The notes: generated by a model from the sequence alone, not told the origin. Counted from the stretch's first letter, positions 20,182-30,774 are shown. The stretch is DNA of 64,000 nt from Akkermansia sp. (GCA_017398355.1 JAFQGD010000002.1:6926-70925); one strand, 5' to 3'. Made by a program: numbers and translations.

Positions 20182-22218
20182 ATGCAGGATTTTTCCCCAA
20201 CGCGGCGCACTCTGTTGAAAGGGCTGGGGTTACTGGCCTTGGCAGCTCTGCCGGCATGCCGCCGCGCACAGGAATATGCAGTACAACCGGAAGAATGCCC
20301 GGAATGGATGCACCCCGGCAAAGCCACCTGCTTTGCCACCTGCATGCCCTGGGCAAACGGAGCCTTGCCTATGCTGGCTGTATGCCACCGGGGAGTTCCC
20401 ACTTCTCTACAACCCAACCCTGCTTACACCGCTAAGCGTGGCTTGCCCGCTTTTGCCCAAGCTGCTATCTTGGATTTGTATGATGAACACCGCTTGGCGA
20501 AACCCAGTTTCAATGGCAAGTCATATCCATGGGAGGGCCTGCAAGGAGCTTTCCGGGCTTGGGCACGGGCGATTCAGAGCGGACGCCGTACAGCATTTTT
20601 GTTACCACAGGGATACTCCCCTATCCGCCAACAACAATGCGCGGCTCTTGTAGCCCACAGTGGGGTCAAATGCTATGCCTACGATACCGTTTGCCAACCC
20701 CGTAGCAGCACTTTTGAGGCCTTGGAAGCCATACAAGATGCTACGGTGGGCCCCCCACGCTTGTTTTCCACCGGTTTCGGCTCATTGGATGACTTGATAG
20801 CCGATATGCCCGACACAGATTTGCTTTTCATCTTCACCCCGGCAGATGTTGCGGCCTATAGACCTGATTTTGCCCGAATACTGCAACAAACAACTGCTGA
20901 AACAGTACGGTTTTGCCTGTTTGCGGATGAAACATCCAAATGCTGCCAATATGCAGTACCGCAGACTCATTTTTTGGAAGAATGGGGAGCGGAAGCCGAT
21001 GCGTACGGCAACCTGTGTTTGCGGCAACCGGTCACTCTCCCTCTCCGCCAAGCCGTAGCAGAGGCCGATGCCCTCCATGCATTGCTGCATGAAGGACGTT
21101 TACCTTTGGAAGATGCCACCCACACTTTACCCAGCCGCACATGGGTGGAAAAATCTGTAGGCAACTTACAACAAGCACTCAAAAAAGGCTTTGTGAGCCA
21201 AGCTTGCCCGCTGCCCGTCCTGTGTCCCCCGGCAAATCAATCTGTGCCGTATGTTCATCCATTCTTTGCGGATGGGCGTTTCCTGCATAATCGGTGGCTG
21301 CAAGAAACTTACGATCCACTCAGCGGCACGGCCGGAGCACCGGCCGTTTATTTGCACAGCAGCAACAGAAGGAAACGGCCCCCCAAATATCCCCATGCCT
21401 CTGTGCAGGTGAAGCAATACACCCTGCCTGCTCAATCCTGGCCCGGGTTGCCGGAAAGATTGTTCCCCATGTTACCGGGATTGGAAAAAGTGGACTTCTA
21501 TGATTTGTGCGAACAAACATACCCCTTGCTCAAGCCAAAAGGCCCCTGCAAACCCACAATATCCACCTATAGTGCGCCGCCTGCTCAATCTCCCCAATGG
21601 GGGATGACGATTGATGTGAGCGCTTGCATTGGCTGCGCTGCCTGCGTGCTGGCTTGCCGCGCGGAAAACAATATCCCCACCGTAGGTAAAGAGGAAATGA
21701 TGCGCCATCGGGATATCCAGTGGCTGCGCATCGACCACTATTTTGATGCGGTGAAGAAAAAGCCTCTTTTCGTGCCGATGGCATGCCGCCATTGCGAGGA
21801 TGCGCCATGCGAAGCTGTATGCCCGGTGAACGCCACGGTACACACAAGCGATGGGCTCAATGCCATGGTGTATCCCCGCTGCTGGGGTACGCGTTATTGC
21901 GCGGCAGCGTGTCCTTACCAAGTCCGCACGTTCAACTTCCACGATTATGCCCGCCAAGCTCATGCTGCCACCCACTTGCCACCCAACCCGGACGTGACGG
22001 TGCGCTCCCGCGGTGTAATGGAAAAATGCACCTATTGTGTGCAACGCATCAATCTGGCCAAAGCAGAAAGCACCACGCCCCAGGCTGCTTGTCAGATGGC
22101 TTGCCCCACTCACGCTATCAAGTTGATAGATTTGGTGAAGGATGCCCCGGCTCAGGTGTGTACGAGTTTTGATGCGCCCGGCACAAAACCCCACACGCTC
22201 TACCTCCTCAGCAAGTAA
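20182..22218 (+). CDS. ActB-like Tat lipoprotein: reduced molybdopterin-oxidoreductase-like domain plus a C-terminal multi-Fe-S ferredoxin domain
   Basis: Tat motif TRRTLLK and lipobox LAALPAC. Fe-S motifs CIGCAACVLAC, CRHCEDAPCEAVCP, CWGTRYCAAACP and KCTYC...ACQMACP. VRSRGVMEKCTYCVQRI and WLQETYDPLSG are ActB-like. Start fixed by TTGTCA-17-TAGAAT-7-ATG. Confidence 0.8.
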   Translation: MQDFSPTRRTLLKGLGLLALAALPACRRAQEYAVQPEECPEWMHPGKATCFATCMPWANGALPMLAVCHRGVPTSLQPNPAYTAKRGLPAFAQAAILDLYDEHRLAKPSFNGKSYPWEGLQGAFRAWARAIQSGRRTAFLLPQGYSPIRQQQCAALVAHSGVKCYAYDTVCQPRSSTFEALEAIQDATVGPPRLFSTGFGSLDDLIADMPDTDLLFIFTPADVAAYRPDFARILQQTTAETVRFCLFADETSKCCQYAVPQTHFLEEWGAEADAYGNLCLRQPVTLPLRQAVAEADALHALLHEGRLPLEDATHTLPSRTWVEKSVGNLQQALKKGFVSQACPLPVLCPPANQSVPYVHPFFADGRFLHNRWLQETYDPLSGTAGAPAVYLHSSNRRKRPPKYPHASVQVKQYTLPAQSWPGLPERLFPMLPGLEKVDFYDLCEQTYPLLKPKGPCKPTISTYSAPPAQSPQWGMTIDVSACIGCAACVLACRAENNIPTVGKEEMMRHRDIQWLRIDHYFDAVKKKPLFVPMACRHCEDAPCEAVCPVNATVHTSDGLNAMVYPRCWGTRYCAAACPYQVRTFNFHDYARQAHAATHLPPNPDVTVRSRGVMEKCTYCVQRINLAKAESTTPQAACQMACPTHAIKLIDLVKDAPAQVCTSFDAPGTKPHTLYLLSK

Positions 22219-23788
22219 AAGAAGCCAATACGGCCTCTGCACAGCGGCGACCATCCAAGGCCGCAGAAACAATACCACCTGCATAGCCTGCTCCCTCGCC
22301 ACAGGGGAAAAGACCTGCCAGTTGGGGATGCTGCAAGGTAGCAGCATCTCGCGGTATGCGCACAGGAGAGCTGGTCCGCGTTTCACAGCCGATGAGCAAA
22401 GCATCCTCCCCGGCAAAACCGCGCAATTTGCGATCAAAGAACTGCAAACCTTCACGCATGCGTGTACAAACACTATCCGGCAAAAGGGCATTCAAATCCC
22501 AAGAGGTAATACCGGGATGATAACTGGTGCGCGGCAGGGTATCAGATACGCGCCCGGCCAAGAAATCTATCACACGCTGAGCAGGTGCTTTTTGCATACC
22601 GCCACCGGCTTGGGAAGTGGCTATTTCCAAAGCTTTTTGATACGCTATACCGGAGAGCATCCCGTACTCCGGCAGGTATAAATCCGTGTCTTCCGGCTCC
22701 ACCGTCACCACGAAACCTGAATTGGCAAAGGGGGAGTTGCGGCGGGAAAGCGACATGCCATTCACCACCACTTCATCATTTTCCGTGGCGGCCGGTACGA
22801 TAAACCCACCGGGACACATGCAGAATGAATGCACGCCGCGTTCACGTATCTTCGTAGCCAAGGTATAGCGGGCAGCAGGCAATTCCTGAGGGCATTTTTC
22901 GCCGGGTCGCAGGTGATATTGGGCAGCATCAATGAGGGCTTGCGGATGCTCTATGCGTACCCCCACGGCAAAGGGTTTGCGCTCCAATTGAACGCCCTCG
23001 GCATACAACATGCGGTACACATCGCGTGCGCTGTGTCCGGTGGCCAAAATCACGGCATCCGCCTCCCATTCGCGGCCATCTGCCGTGCGCACACCACGCA
23101 GCCTTTTTCCATCTGCAGATTTGAGCAAACCGTTCACCCGTGAACCGAAATATACTTCTCCCCCGGCATTGAGGATACTGTGGCGCATGGCACGGATGAT
23201 GTTGGGCAATTTATTGGAGCCAATATGCGGGTGCGCATCCGTCATGATTTCCGGTGCCGCGCCGTGGGCTACAAAGGTCTTGTAAATCTCCATCACCGGA
23301 CCGCGTTTCGTAGCACGGGTAAAGAGTTTTCCATCCGAGAAAGTACCGGCTCCACCCTCACCAAAGCAGTAGTTGGAATCCTCTACTACATAGCCTTTGC
23401 AGTTGATGGGTTGTAAATCAAACCGGCGGGCAGATACATCCTTGCCTCGTTCTAAAATAATGGGTTTAAGCCCCAATTCCAAGCAGCGCAATGCAGCAAA
23501 AAGACCGCCTGGTCCACTCCCCACGATGATGACGCGGCGTGCCTCTGCTGGAACAGACGGATATTGGCACACCAATGCCTCGGCAGCCGGCAAAGCCTCA
23601 TCTACTGCCACAAGATAACGTAACTGCTTGCAAATGGGACGTCGACGAGCATCTATACTCTCTTTGAGCAAACGCATCCCCATAATACGTTTGGGGGAAA
23701 TGCCCATCTTTTGCGCTGCCGCCTTGCGGCAAGCTTCTTCTTTGCCGGCCTTGCGCAATGGCAGGTGAATGTCCAGCTCCCGAATCAT
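22208..23788 (-). CDS. FAD-dependent oxidoreductase (widespread uncharacterised ~530-aa family)
   Basis: IVGSGPGGLFAA Rossmann motif, FGEGGAGTFSDGKL, LATGHSARD, SFCMCPGG and GEGAGYAGGIVSAALDG. Confidence 0.88.
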   Translation of the reverse strand: MIRELDIHLPLRKAGKEEACRKAAAQKMGISPKRIMGMRLLKESIDARRRPICKQLRYLVAVDEALPAAEALVCQYPSVPAEARRVIIVGSGPGGLFAALRCLELGLKPIILERGKDVSARRFDLQPINCKGYVVEDSNYCFGEGGAGTFSDGKLFTRATKRGPVMEIYKTFVAHGAAPEIMTDAHPHIGSNKLPNIIRAMRHSILNAGGEVYFGSRVNGLLKSADGKRLRGVRTADGREWEADAVILATGHSARDVYRMLYAEGVQLERKPFAVGVRIEHPQALIDAAQYHLRPGEKCPQELPAARYTLATKIRERGVHSFCMCPGGFIVPAATENDEVVVNGMSLSRRNSPFANSGFVVTVEPEDTDLYLPEYGMLSGIAYQKALEIATSQAGGGMQKAPAQRVIDFLAGRVSDTLPRTSYHPGITSWDLNALLPDSVCTRMREGLQFFDRKLRGFAGEDALLIGCETRTSSPVRIPRDAATLQHPQLAGLFPCGEGAGYAGGIVSAALDGRRCAEAVLASFTC

Positions 23789-24606
23789 GATTCAGATATA
23801 CTTTGGCGCATTCCTAAGGCCGGAACATCTTCATTGACGGAGCCTACCAGCTCCGCAGGTACCCCGGCAACTGTTGTATGCGGGGCCACATCGTGCAACA
23901 CAACAGATGAGGCCGCTATTTTTGCACCCTCACCAATTTCTACACGCCCCAATACCTTGGCACCCGCGCCAATGAGCACCCCACTGCGTACAATCGGGTG
24001 GCGATCACCACCTTTTTCTTTGCCTGTACCGCCCAAGGTCACTTCGTGCAACATGGATACGTCGTTCTCGATAATGGCAGTTTCACCCACCACAAATCCG
24101 GTGCCGTGGTCCAACAAAATGCCACAACCTATGCGTGCTGCGGGGTGAATGTCTACCCCAAATACCTCGCTGCCGACACTTTGGAAAAGAAGTGCCAACA
24201 AATGCCGCCCTTCTTGCCACAGCAAGTGGGCTACGCGGTATGTGGCCAAGGCATGAAAACCTTTGAAGAACAGAAGTGGCTCCAAAACATTGTGACAGGC
24301 GGCATCGCGGTCTACCACGGCCATCAAATCCGCAGCCAAGCAATCCACAGTCACCGGATTATTGCGCAAAATGGTGCGAATGAGCGGCTCCAAATCATCC
24401 CGTCCAATGTCTCGGCGGGAAAGCTTGCGAGCCAAACGGACAGCGACCGCGCTGCAAAGTGAGTTGCGGCTCAACACCACATCATCTAACATGCCGGCAA
24501 GTTTCGGCTCTGCCAGAGCTACTTTTTCTGCCTCGGCATAGATGAGTTTCCACACCGTTGTTGCCATGCCAGGAGTTTGCGGCACCATTTTTTCGGGGCG
24601 TATCAT
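23785..24606 (-). CDS. cysE: Serine O-acetyltransferase
   Basis: DRDAAC, FFKGFHAL, GVDIHPAARIGCGILLDHGTG, VTLGGTGKE and DRHP; hexapeptide repeats. Confidence 0.95.
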   Translation of the reverse strand: MIRPEKMVPQTPGMATTVWKLIYAEAEKVALAEPKLAGMLDDVVLSRNSLCSAVAVRLARKLSRRDIGRDDLEPLIRTILRNNPVTVDCLAADLMAVVDRDAACHNVLEPLLFFKGFHALATYRVAHLLWQEGRHLLALLFQSVGSEVFGVDIHPAARIGCGILLDHGTGFVVGETAIIENDVSMLHEVTLGGTGKEKGGDRHPIVRSGVLIGAGAKVLGRVEIGEGAKIAASSVVLHDVAPHTTVAGVPAELVGSVNEDVPALGMRQSISES

Positions 24607-24620
24607 GGCTCAAATAGGTG

Positions 24621-25628
24621 TTATTTGCAGCAGTCGCGCAGCATTTCATCCACACGATAGGTCATTTCCGCCAGGGCTTCGCGAGCTGGCGATTCCGGGA
24701 ATAACCATAACTCTTCACGCGCTTCCTCCATGCGTGCAAGGCCTTCATCTACAGAAAGTCTAATAGCTTCAGCAAATGCTTCTGTATTCTTCAGTCGACT
24801 GTAATCTATGGTGCGGTGATTCTCTATCGCCTCATGCATATAAGCGGCTACATCCTCACTGCTGGATTCCAAGAGGAAGAACATGGGAAGTGTTAATTTT
24901 CCCTTCTCTGCATCGGTTCCCAGCGTCTTGCCGGCTTCATCATCTGCACCGGTCAAATCCAAGCAGTCATCATAAATTTGATAAGCAATTCCCAGCAAGG
25001 TTCCCATGCGGTTCAGGTGTTCCACCATTTCATCGTCAAGACCTTGCAAATACCCTGCACCACTCATGGCCACTGCAAACAAGGTGGCTGTCTTCTTGCG
25101 GATGATTTCGTAATATTCCGCACGGCTCATCTCCAAATCCCACAGGCGGGTGGATTGCTCTACCTCGCCTTGGCACAAATCCCGCATCGCCATCGCCATC
25201 TTGCGGCAGAATTTGCTGCCGCCTATCTCCGTGCCCATCACGATAGCCTGGGCCAGCAAAGTATCACCCAACAATACAGCTAACTCATTTCCCCACAAAG
25301 CATTGGGTGTAGGCAAATCACGGCGTGTATCGGCTTTATCCAGCACATCGTCATGCACAAGGGAAGCCATGTGAATCATTTCCAGCAAGGCCGCAAAGGT
25401 GATGTGCTCATCTTTAATGCCTCCGGTGGCTGCTGCGGTAAGCAACACCAAGCCGGGTCGAATCATTTTGCCCTGCCCCTTACACACTTTGACCATGTAC
25501 TCGCGCACATAGGGTTCAAAAGCTTCGGCCTGGCTCGCAATCTCTTCGCGTACTTTCTGCAACTCGTTGCGAACGAGTTGCAAGTATGCTTTCTTGTTGC
25601 GAAGTTTGCTGAAAAATGGGAAACTCAT
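24621..25628 (-). CDS. Long-chain polyprenyl diphosphate synthase (IspB/HepT family)
   Basis: GKMIRP, HMASLVHDDVLD..TRR (FARM), KKTATLF and AYQIYDDCLD (SARM), GKTLGTDAEKGKLTLP. Confidence 0.93.
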   Translation of the reverse strand: MSFPFFSKLRNKKAYLQLVRNELQKVREEIASQAEAFEPYVREYMVKVCKGQGKMIRPGLVLLTAAATGGIKDEHITFAALLEMIHMASLVHDDVLDKADTRRDLPTPNALWGNELAVLLGDTLLAQAIVMGTEIGGSKFCRKMAMAMRDLCQGEVEQSTRLWDLEMSRAEYYEIIRKKTATLFAVAMSGAGYLQGLDDEMVEHLNRMGTLLGIAYQIYDDCLDLTGADDEAGKTLGTDAEKGKLTLPMFFLLESSSEDVAAYMHEAIENHRTIDYSRLKNTEAFAEAIRLSVDEGLARMEEAREELWLFPESPAREALAEMTYRVDEMLRDCCK

Positions 25629-25709
25629 AAAAGAAGAAAGAGGGGCTGTTATGTTTCACAACGCCCTCGCGGGATAATGATAGCAAATTTTACCTCAATG
25701 TGCAATCCT

Positions 25710-27272
25710 TTATTTTAAACGCTCAGGATTTGCATCTGCAGCTGTTTTGCCGGTGGCAAAGGGTCGGAGAGCATGTTGTGCGGACTCACCGGATTTTCTA
25801 TACAATAAGTGACCATGTGGCGTTTGTCCAAAAAAATTTTTGTAACAGAAATGTTGGGGATGATTGAGATGTCCTTGCCAATCATCACGAATATTTTTTT
25901 TCATGGCTTGGGCATCCCATGTGTATTTATGCACAATACGAAAACCTACATCCCATATGAATTCCCCGGCAGAGAATAGAAAAAAAGCAATGAGAATCAC
26001 ACGCCACCAGCCACGAGCATGTACCACACGCGAAGCATACAACACGACGAGCAACATGAAAATGGTGGCGCTTCCCTTAAACAGTAATTCGTTGTTTTCA
26101 TAGCCAACCCACACAATGGGAAGAAACAATATGAGTGCGGCGCACAAATGTGGTATGCCGGTCTTGCGATAATGCTTACCCAGAAAAACGAGCAACGGAA
26201 CCATCATCATGCAGATAATGGCAACGCCCTTAAGGCAGCGCGTCTGCGTGTCAAGCATCCAGTCATTGTAAAACGGCGCATCAGTATGGATGAAATGAAC
26301 CATACCGGTATCAGAACATACGAAGTAGTTTCCTACCAAATATAATAATAATAATCCGCTCCCTAGTGAGTAGGGATTGAAAGCATCTTTCCACGCGGAG
26401 CGCGAACGCAGCTTACCAAGCATTTGAACAACCAGCCACGGCAACATTACCAGAGCGGCCAAAGGAGACCACAATACAGTGAGCGCTGCCGTAAAAGGAA
26501 TATATTGCCAAGGTAGTCTTTTGCTGAACACCAAAGCTATCATCATACAGATGGGAATGGCAGAATGAGGCGTGTTGCACGCTATTTGATTCCACAGACC
26601 AAGAAAGAAATAATTGGTCCAATCTGCAAAGATAGATGCATAGGGCTCTATCCATTCCAATGCGGGGGACTGTTCCCAAACCCATTTCGCGAAACCATAG
26701 ATGCGCCGCAAATCATTCAATGAGCCTAAAGCAAACATCAGAAGCATGATAAGAAGCACCCTTTTTCGCCACCGCAACCAAAGGAGCAAAAGAAGAAGAA
26801 GCACTCCGGAAAAATTCCACCACCACAGCACCGTTGTGGGAGATATCCACTCCATGCTTATTTTAGAAATCAGTGCCGGTGGCAACCAATATGCCATGTA
26901 ATAGACAAAGTACCCACCTTCTGCATTAAGAAGAGGCCAATCACAACGAACCAATGTTTCGTAAATGGGATTGCGCACCGTAAAATCCCATTGCTGGGGT
27001 ACATGACCATGTAAACCCAAAGAAGCAGTACAACCTACTGCACCCAACACAAGTAGCGCCACTACCCATGCATCGCTACGCTGTAAGCGTATAGCTTTGC
27101 AGGGAATTGTTCGACAAAGTTTCCCAAAAGAGACGAGCAGGACAAGAACAGATGGCCAAGCGATGTACCATGTTACCCAACCAAAAAGAAAAAGTATATT
27201 GGGTAGCAGCAAATACATGATTGCTACCGCCACAATCCACGTTCCACTGTAGTATCCCTTACCCTGCTCCAT
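25710..27272 (-). CDS. Polytopic membrane protein, GT-C-like (paralog 1)
   Basis: More than 10 TM segments; first-loop motif DFTVRNPIYETLVRCDWP..GGYFVYYMAYWLPPA; clear paralog at 49803..51251. Confidence 0.7.
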   Translation of the reverse strand: MEQGKGYYSGTWIVAVAIMYLLLPNILFLFGWVTWYIAWPSVLVLLVSFGKLCRTIPCKAIRLQRSDAWVVALLVLGAVGCTASLGLHGHVPQQWDFTVRNPIYETLVRCDWPLLNAEGGYFVYYMAYWLPPALISKISMEWISPTTVLWWWNFSGVLLLLLLLWLRWRKRVLLIMLLMFALGSLNDLRRIYGFAKWVWEQSPALEWIEPYASIFADWTNYFFLGLWNQIACNTPHSAIPICMMIALVFSKRLPWQYIPFTAALTVLWSPLAALVMLPWLVVQMLGKLRSRSAWKDAFNPYSLGSGLLLLYLVGNYFVCSDTGMVHFIHTDAPFYNDWMLDTQTRCLKGVAIICMMMVPLLVFLGKHYRKTGIPHLCAALILFLPIVWVGYENNELLFKGSATIFMLLVVLYASRVVHARGWWRVILIAFFLFSAGEFIWDVGFRIVHKYTWDAQAMKKNIRDDWQGHLNHPQHFCYKNFFGQTPHGHLLYRKSGESAQHALRPFATGKTAADANPERLK

Positions 27273-27277
27273 ATGCT

Positions 27278-28324
27278 TTATCGGATAATTCCACGGATGA
27301 GGATATCTCTCCCGCAGCTAAGGTGATATTCTGTTTCAAAATCCAGCTCTTTTGGCAGATAATCCCCGGGTAACAATTCATCAGGTCCACCGGTAAGGCG
27401 CGGGGTTAGAATCTGCACCCATTCATCCACCAGACCTTGTTCCAAAAATTGCCGCAGCAAATTGCCACCGCACTCCAACATGAGCTGCACAATGCCGTAC
27501 TCTCTATACAAGGTCTCCAACCAAGTAGAGAAATTCTTCACATTTTCGCATATCAATGTTCGTTGGGCTTCGTCATCACTCAAAAGTTGAGATGTGGAAG
27601 GAATGCTGCTTTCATCCCTTGTCAATACGATACGCCAAGGCTGTATTTTCGCTTTGGGTATACTTGTCTTTGGCGTGCGTATGGTGAGCGCCGGATCATC
27701 TGTTCGCACTGTATTGCCTCCCACCAAGATAGCATCACTCTCCAATCTCAGTTGATGTGCTTCTTTCACAGATTCAGGGCAACTAAGCCACCCCCCGTTT
27801 TGTCGGGTCATTCTTCCGTCCAGGCTGCATGCCACTTTTGCAACGACCCAAGGTCTTTTGTGCCGGATAGCGTGCATCCATGGCCTTAAAAGACCATCAC
27901 AGGCCTCTTTACATACCCCGCTGCGTACTCTCACCCCTGCGGCTTTCAAAACTTCATCTGCTCGCCCCCGGTGGCGTTTATCAGGGTCTGTGCTGCCATA
28001 GACCACTTCACTAATTCCACATTGTATGATGGCCTCTGTACATGGCGGCGTGCGACCATAGCTGGAGCATGGTTCAAGTGTCACATAAATCGTTGCACCT
28101 TTCAGGCGCGCTTCATGTCCACGCAAAATGGCATTGGCTATTGCTCGACGCTCTGCATGCGGCTCCCCTGCCCTTTCGTGAAACCCCTCTCCTAAAAGCA
28201 AATTGTCTTTGACGATAACTGCTCCTACCGGCGGATTCGGACTGGTTGTACCTAACCCCTGCCTGGCTTGTGCCAATGCTCGGTACATCCAAAGTTCATC
28301 CGGGCTTATTTCCTGCGTGTTCAT
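27278..28324 (-). CDS. ribD: Riboflavin biosynthesis bifunctional deaminase/reductase
   Basis: PNPPVGAV, HAERRA, YVTLEPCSSYGRTPPC, KVACSLDG, DAILVGGNTVRTDDPALT and ECGG. Confidence 0.95.
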   Translation of the reverse strand: MNTQEISPDELWMYRALAQARQGLGTTSPNPPVGAVIVKDNLLLGEGFHERAGEPHAERRAIANAILRGHEARLKGATIYVTLEPCSSYGRTPPCTEAIIQCGISEVVYGSTDPDKRHRGRADEVLKAAGVRVRSGVCKEACDGLLRPWMHAIRHKRPWVVAKVACSLDGRMTRQNGGWLSCPESVKEAHQLRLESDAILVGGNTVRTDDPALTIRTPKTSIPKAKIQPWRIVLTRDESSIPSTSQLLSDDEAQRTLICENVKNFSTWLETLYREYGIVQLMLECGGNLLRQFLEQGLVDEWVQILTPRLTGGPDELLPGDYLPKELDFETEYHLSCGRDILIRGIIR

Positions 28325-28379
28325 GCCGCTATTGTACTGCTAGAGTGGTCTCTTGTCAAAAAACGAATGACGTCCGCTC

Positions 28380-28620
28380 GTTCGTTACCTACCTGATGAT
28401 AGAAGAATTTAAATTTAAATTTCTTCATCATATACTATGTGAATAACTCTAATAAGTCGCCTATCTGATTGATTTTAATATAAAAACTAGGATGATAACC
28501 GGTGAATAATTTGGGGGATAAGTGACCGTTGTTGTTAAGGAAAAAATTATTCACCGGTTCATTCACACTTATTCACATACTTTATTAACATTTTGTGTTA
28601 ATAAAGTATGCAAGTTATTG
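28380..28620. other. Candidate chromosomal replication origin (oriC)
   Basis: AT-rich intergenic region. TTATTCACA boxes at 28438-28446 (rc) and 28569-28577; variants at 28501-28509, 28513-28521, 28547-28555, 28559-28567, 28582-28590 and 28596-28604. AT-only run AATTTAAATTTAAATTT. parS cluster adjacent. Confidence 0.75.
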
Positions 28621-28624
28621 ATTA

Positions 28625-29272
28625 TCAATCTGTTAAACTAAACTCTGAGAAGAACTTGATTGGCGCCATGATGGGAATTGCCAGATTATATAGGACCGTT
28701 CCCGGTACGTCTATTACAAGAAAATCTACTTTACTAAATATGTTATTCATGATGGGTGTTTCTCTTGGCGTGCGCTCTCCTACTATTATACAGTTTTCTA
28801 TCTTCTTAGGGAGTTTAATCTCTGCACGTATAGGATATACTTTTGCCCCTTTTAAGGTACTCTTCCACTCACCCGGTGTTGCTTTGATTTCTTCTGTCAA
28901 ATCCTCGATGTCGGCATATCCATCTTGCCTCATAAGTACATGTGCGGTTCCCTCGGATATGCGGTGATACATAATCACATCTTGGGCATCTTTTCGAATA
29001 ATTTGATACTCCGGTTCATTGTTCTCTGTGTGCAAGATGGTATCCTTTACGATGGGATAATCCTTCTGCAACGTGACAACTTGAGCCGGTAAATACCAGT
29101 GTCCCTCAGATTTGTAAATGTTCCATGTGGAACATTTTTGGTTGGAAAGTAACTTACCATGATAATGGCATCCCATCTCTTCTACTTGTTTATGAGTTTG
29201 CATATAGGCACAAGATGTGCATAGCGTGCAAATGCAGAGTAAGGATAAGAGAGAAAAAAATTGCCTATTCAT
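28625..29272 (-). CDS. Hypothetical lipoprotein
   Basis: MNRQFFSLLSLLCICTLCTSC lipobox-type signal; TTGACA-16-TAAAAT lies 9 nt upstream; hydrophobic C-terminus. Confidence 0.65.
   Translation of the reverse strand: MNRQFFSLLSLLCICTLCTSCAYMQTHKQVEEMGCHYHGKLLSNQKCSTWNIYKSEGHWYLPAQVVTLQKDYPIVKDTILHTENNEPEYQIIRKDAQDVIMYHRISEGTAHVLMRQDGYADIEDLTEEIKATPGEWKSTLKGAKVYPIRAEIKLPKKIENCIIVGERTPRETPIMNNIFSKVDFLVIDVPGTVLYNLAIPIMAPIKFFSEFSLTD
29119..29134. promoter_or_regulatory. parS-like site 1 (inside the lipoprotein CDS)
   Basis: TGTTCCATGTGGAACA, the reverse complement of the other three copies; resembles the parS consensus TGTTTCACGTGAAACA. Confidence 0.8.
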
Positions 29273-29328
29273 GATAGGCAAATTTTATCAGAACTGTGGC
29301 AAATGTCAAACAGTAAGTAAAAATTAAA

Positions 29329-29344
29329 TGTTCCACATGGAACA
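29329..29344. promoter_or_regulatory. parS-like site 2
   Basis: TGTTCCACATGGAACA, intergenic. Confidence 0.85.
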
Positions 29345-29352
29345 TTTAAAGC

Positions 29353-30774
29353 TCATTCCCCTGCCCTGCTCTGCTGGATGGAATGCGTGGTTGGAATGAC
29401 CGGTGGGAGTAAAAGATGGGGGATTGTTTGCGCTGCTTTAGCGTTGTCCCTCCAAAGTTCTTGTGTATCCTGGTAAACTTCAGCTTTTGCAAGATTAATT
29501 GCAATGCAGCAGGCTTCGTGCATACGTTTCCATGGAGTAATAAGGTATGCAGACTGCTCGGTTACTCTCTCGAAAGAATTTTGGAAGCGATTGAAAGCTT
29601 CTTGAGAGACATTAAGAGAATGCTGGGCTTCCTTCCATTTTCCTTGCTGAGCTTTTAAGCGAGCTGAAAGAGAAGCCCGCAAGCAATCTCTGACAAGGAT
29701 GACGGCATCAAAGTGTTTCCATGCCGGATGAGGAGTTGCTGCTTGAGAAGCAGCTGTGATATTGCCTTGAGAAAGTTTTTTCTGTTCGGCCACAAGTATA
29801 CGTAATGGTAAGGTATTGCATTCCCATCGTTGTAAAATACCGACGGGGCTTAAAGCTTGTTCTTTTTTTACCTGAGCAGCGTTGAGCGCTTTTCTAAGTT
29901 TTAAAGCTTCGCCATAATTTCCTGCGCTCCATAGAGCGGTGGCTTCATATATGCGAGATTTCCACCAGAGGGGAGATTCATGAAGAGATAATCCTCTTTG
30001 CGATGAAAGAAGTGCTGCTTTATTGAAATAAGTGGCGGCTTCTTGATGATGGCCTATCCGGCTGAGAAGATGTCCCATGAGATGTTGTGGCATGGGATGA
30101 TTTGAATAGACATCTGCAGCTTGTAATGCAGATGCGAGCGCATCTGATGATATACCGGGTGCAGTTTGCTCCACGTACGCGCGCGCGTAGCATATAAGAG
30201 CATCATCCGGATACTGTTTGCATAGCTTGGATATCCTTTCTAAAGCTCGTTGTTGAAATGAACTCGGTTCACCGGTTTCCGGGTGGTAAGCTACATCTAT
30301 GCTATGAAGTAGAATAATGGCCCATACGGCAGAGATTTTATCTGCTCTGAATTGATCAGCACGCTTGCATAAATCTTCACACGCACCGGCGTAATCCCTA
30401 GCGGAGAGTTTAAGCATTGTTTCCACGAGGAACAATTCCTGTGGAAGAAGTGATGAACTTCCAACATATTCTTTAAGCTTAGCTCGTGAATCGGGACCTG
30501 TATCGCCTCCTACCAGGCACATTCCGGCGTGCGCAAATATACATGTTTCATCTACTGAAAGGGCAGTTTCAAAGTGTTTTCTGGCAGATTCATCCCAGCC
30601 GAAGATTAAATCTAAGAGAGCACTCCTGCATTCATTTTGGGCAGTGATATTGTCTGTGCTAAGAGGAAATGCAAGAGTCGGCACATTATTTTGTGCCGAC
30701 TCTACTTCTGCCATTGCCGTTAATATGATACCGGGAAGGGCAACTAAAGCGGAAATTTGTTCCACATGGAACAT
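29353..30774 (-). CDS. TPR-like helical exported protein
   Basis: Ala/Leu-rich helical repeats (YPDDALICYARAY, HPMPQHLMGHLLSRIGHHQEAATYFNKA); signal-like N-terminus; starts 2 nt after the argS stop. Confidence 0.7.
   Translation of the reverse strand: MFHVEQISALVALPGIILTAMAEVESAQNNVPTLAFPLSTDNITAQNECRSALLDLIFGWDESARKHFETALSVDETCIFAHAGMCLVGGDTGPDSRAKLKEYVGSSSLLPQELFLVETMLKLSARDYAGACEDLCKRADQFRADKISAVWAIILLHSIDVAYHPETGEPSSFQQRALERISKLCKQYPDDALICYARAYVEQTAPGISSDALASALQAADVYSNHPMPQHLMGHLLSRIGHHQEAATYFNKAALLSSQRGLSLHESPLWWKSRIYEATALWSAGNYGEALKLRKALNAAQVKKEQALSPVGILQRWECNTLPLRILVAEQKKLSQGNITAASQAATPHPAWKHFDAVILVRDCLRASLSARLKAQQGKWKEAQHSLNVSQEAFNRFQNSFERVTEQSAYLITPWKRMHEACCIAINLAKAEVYQDTQELWRDNAKAAQTIPHLLLPPVIPTTHSIQQSRAGE
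30758..30773. promoter_or_regulatory. parS-like site 3
   Basis: TGTTCCACATGGAACA; overlaps the start of the TPR gene, where it encodes MFHVEQ. Confidence 0.85.
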
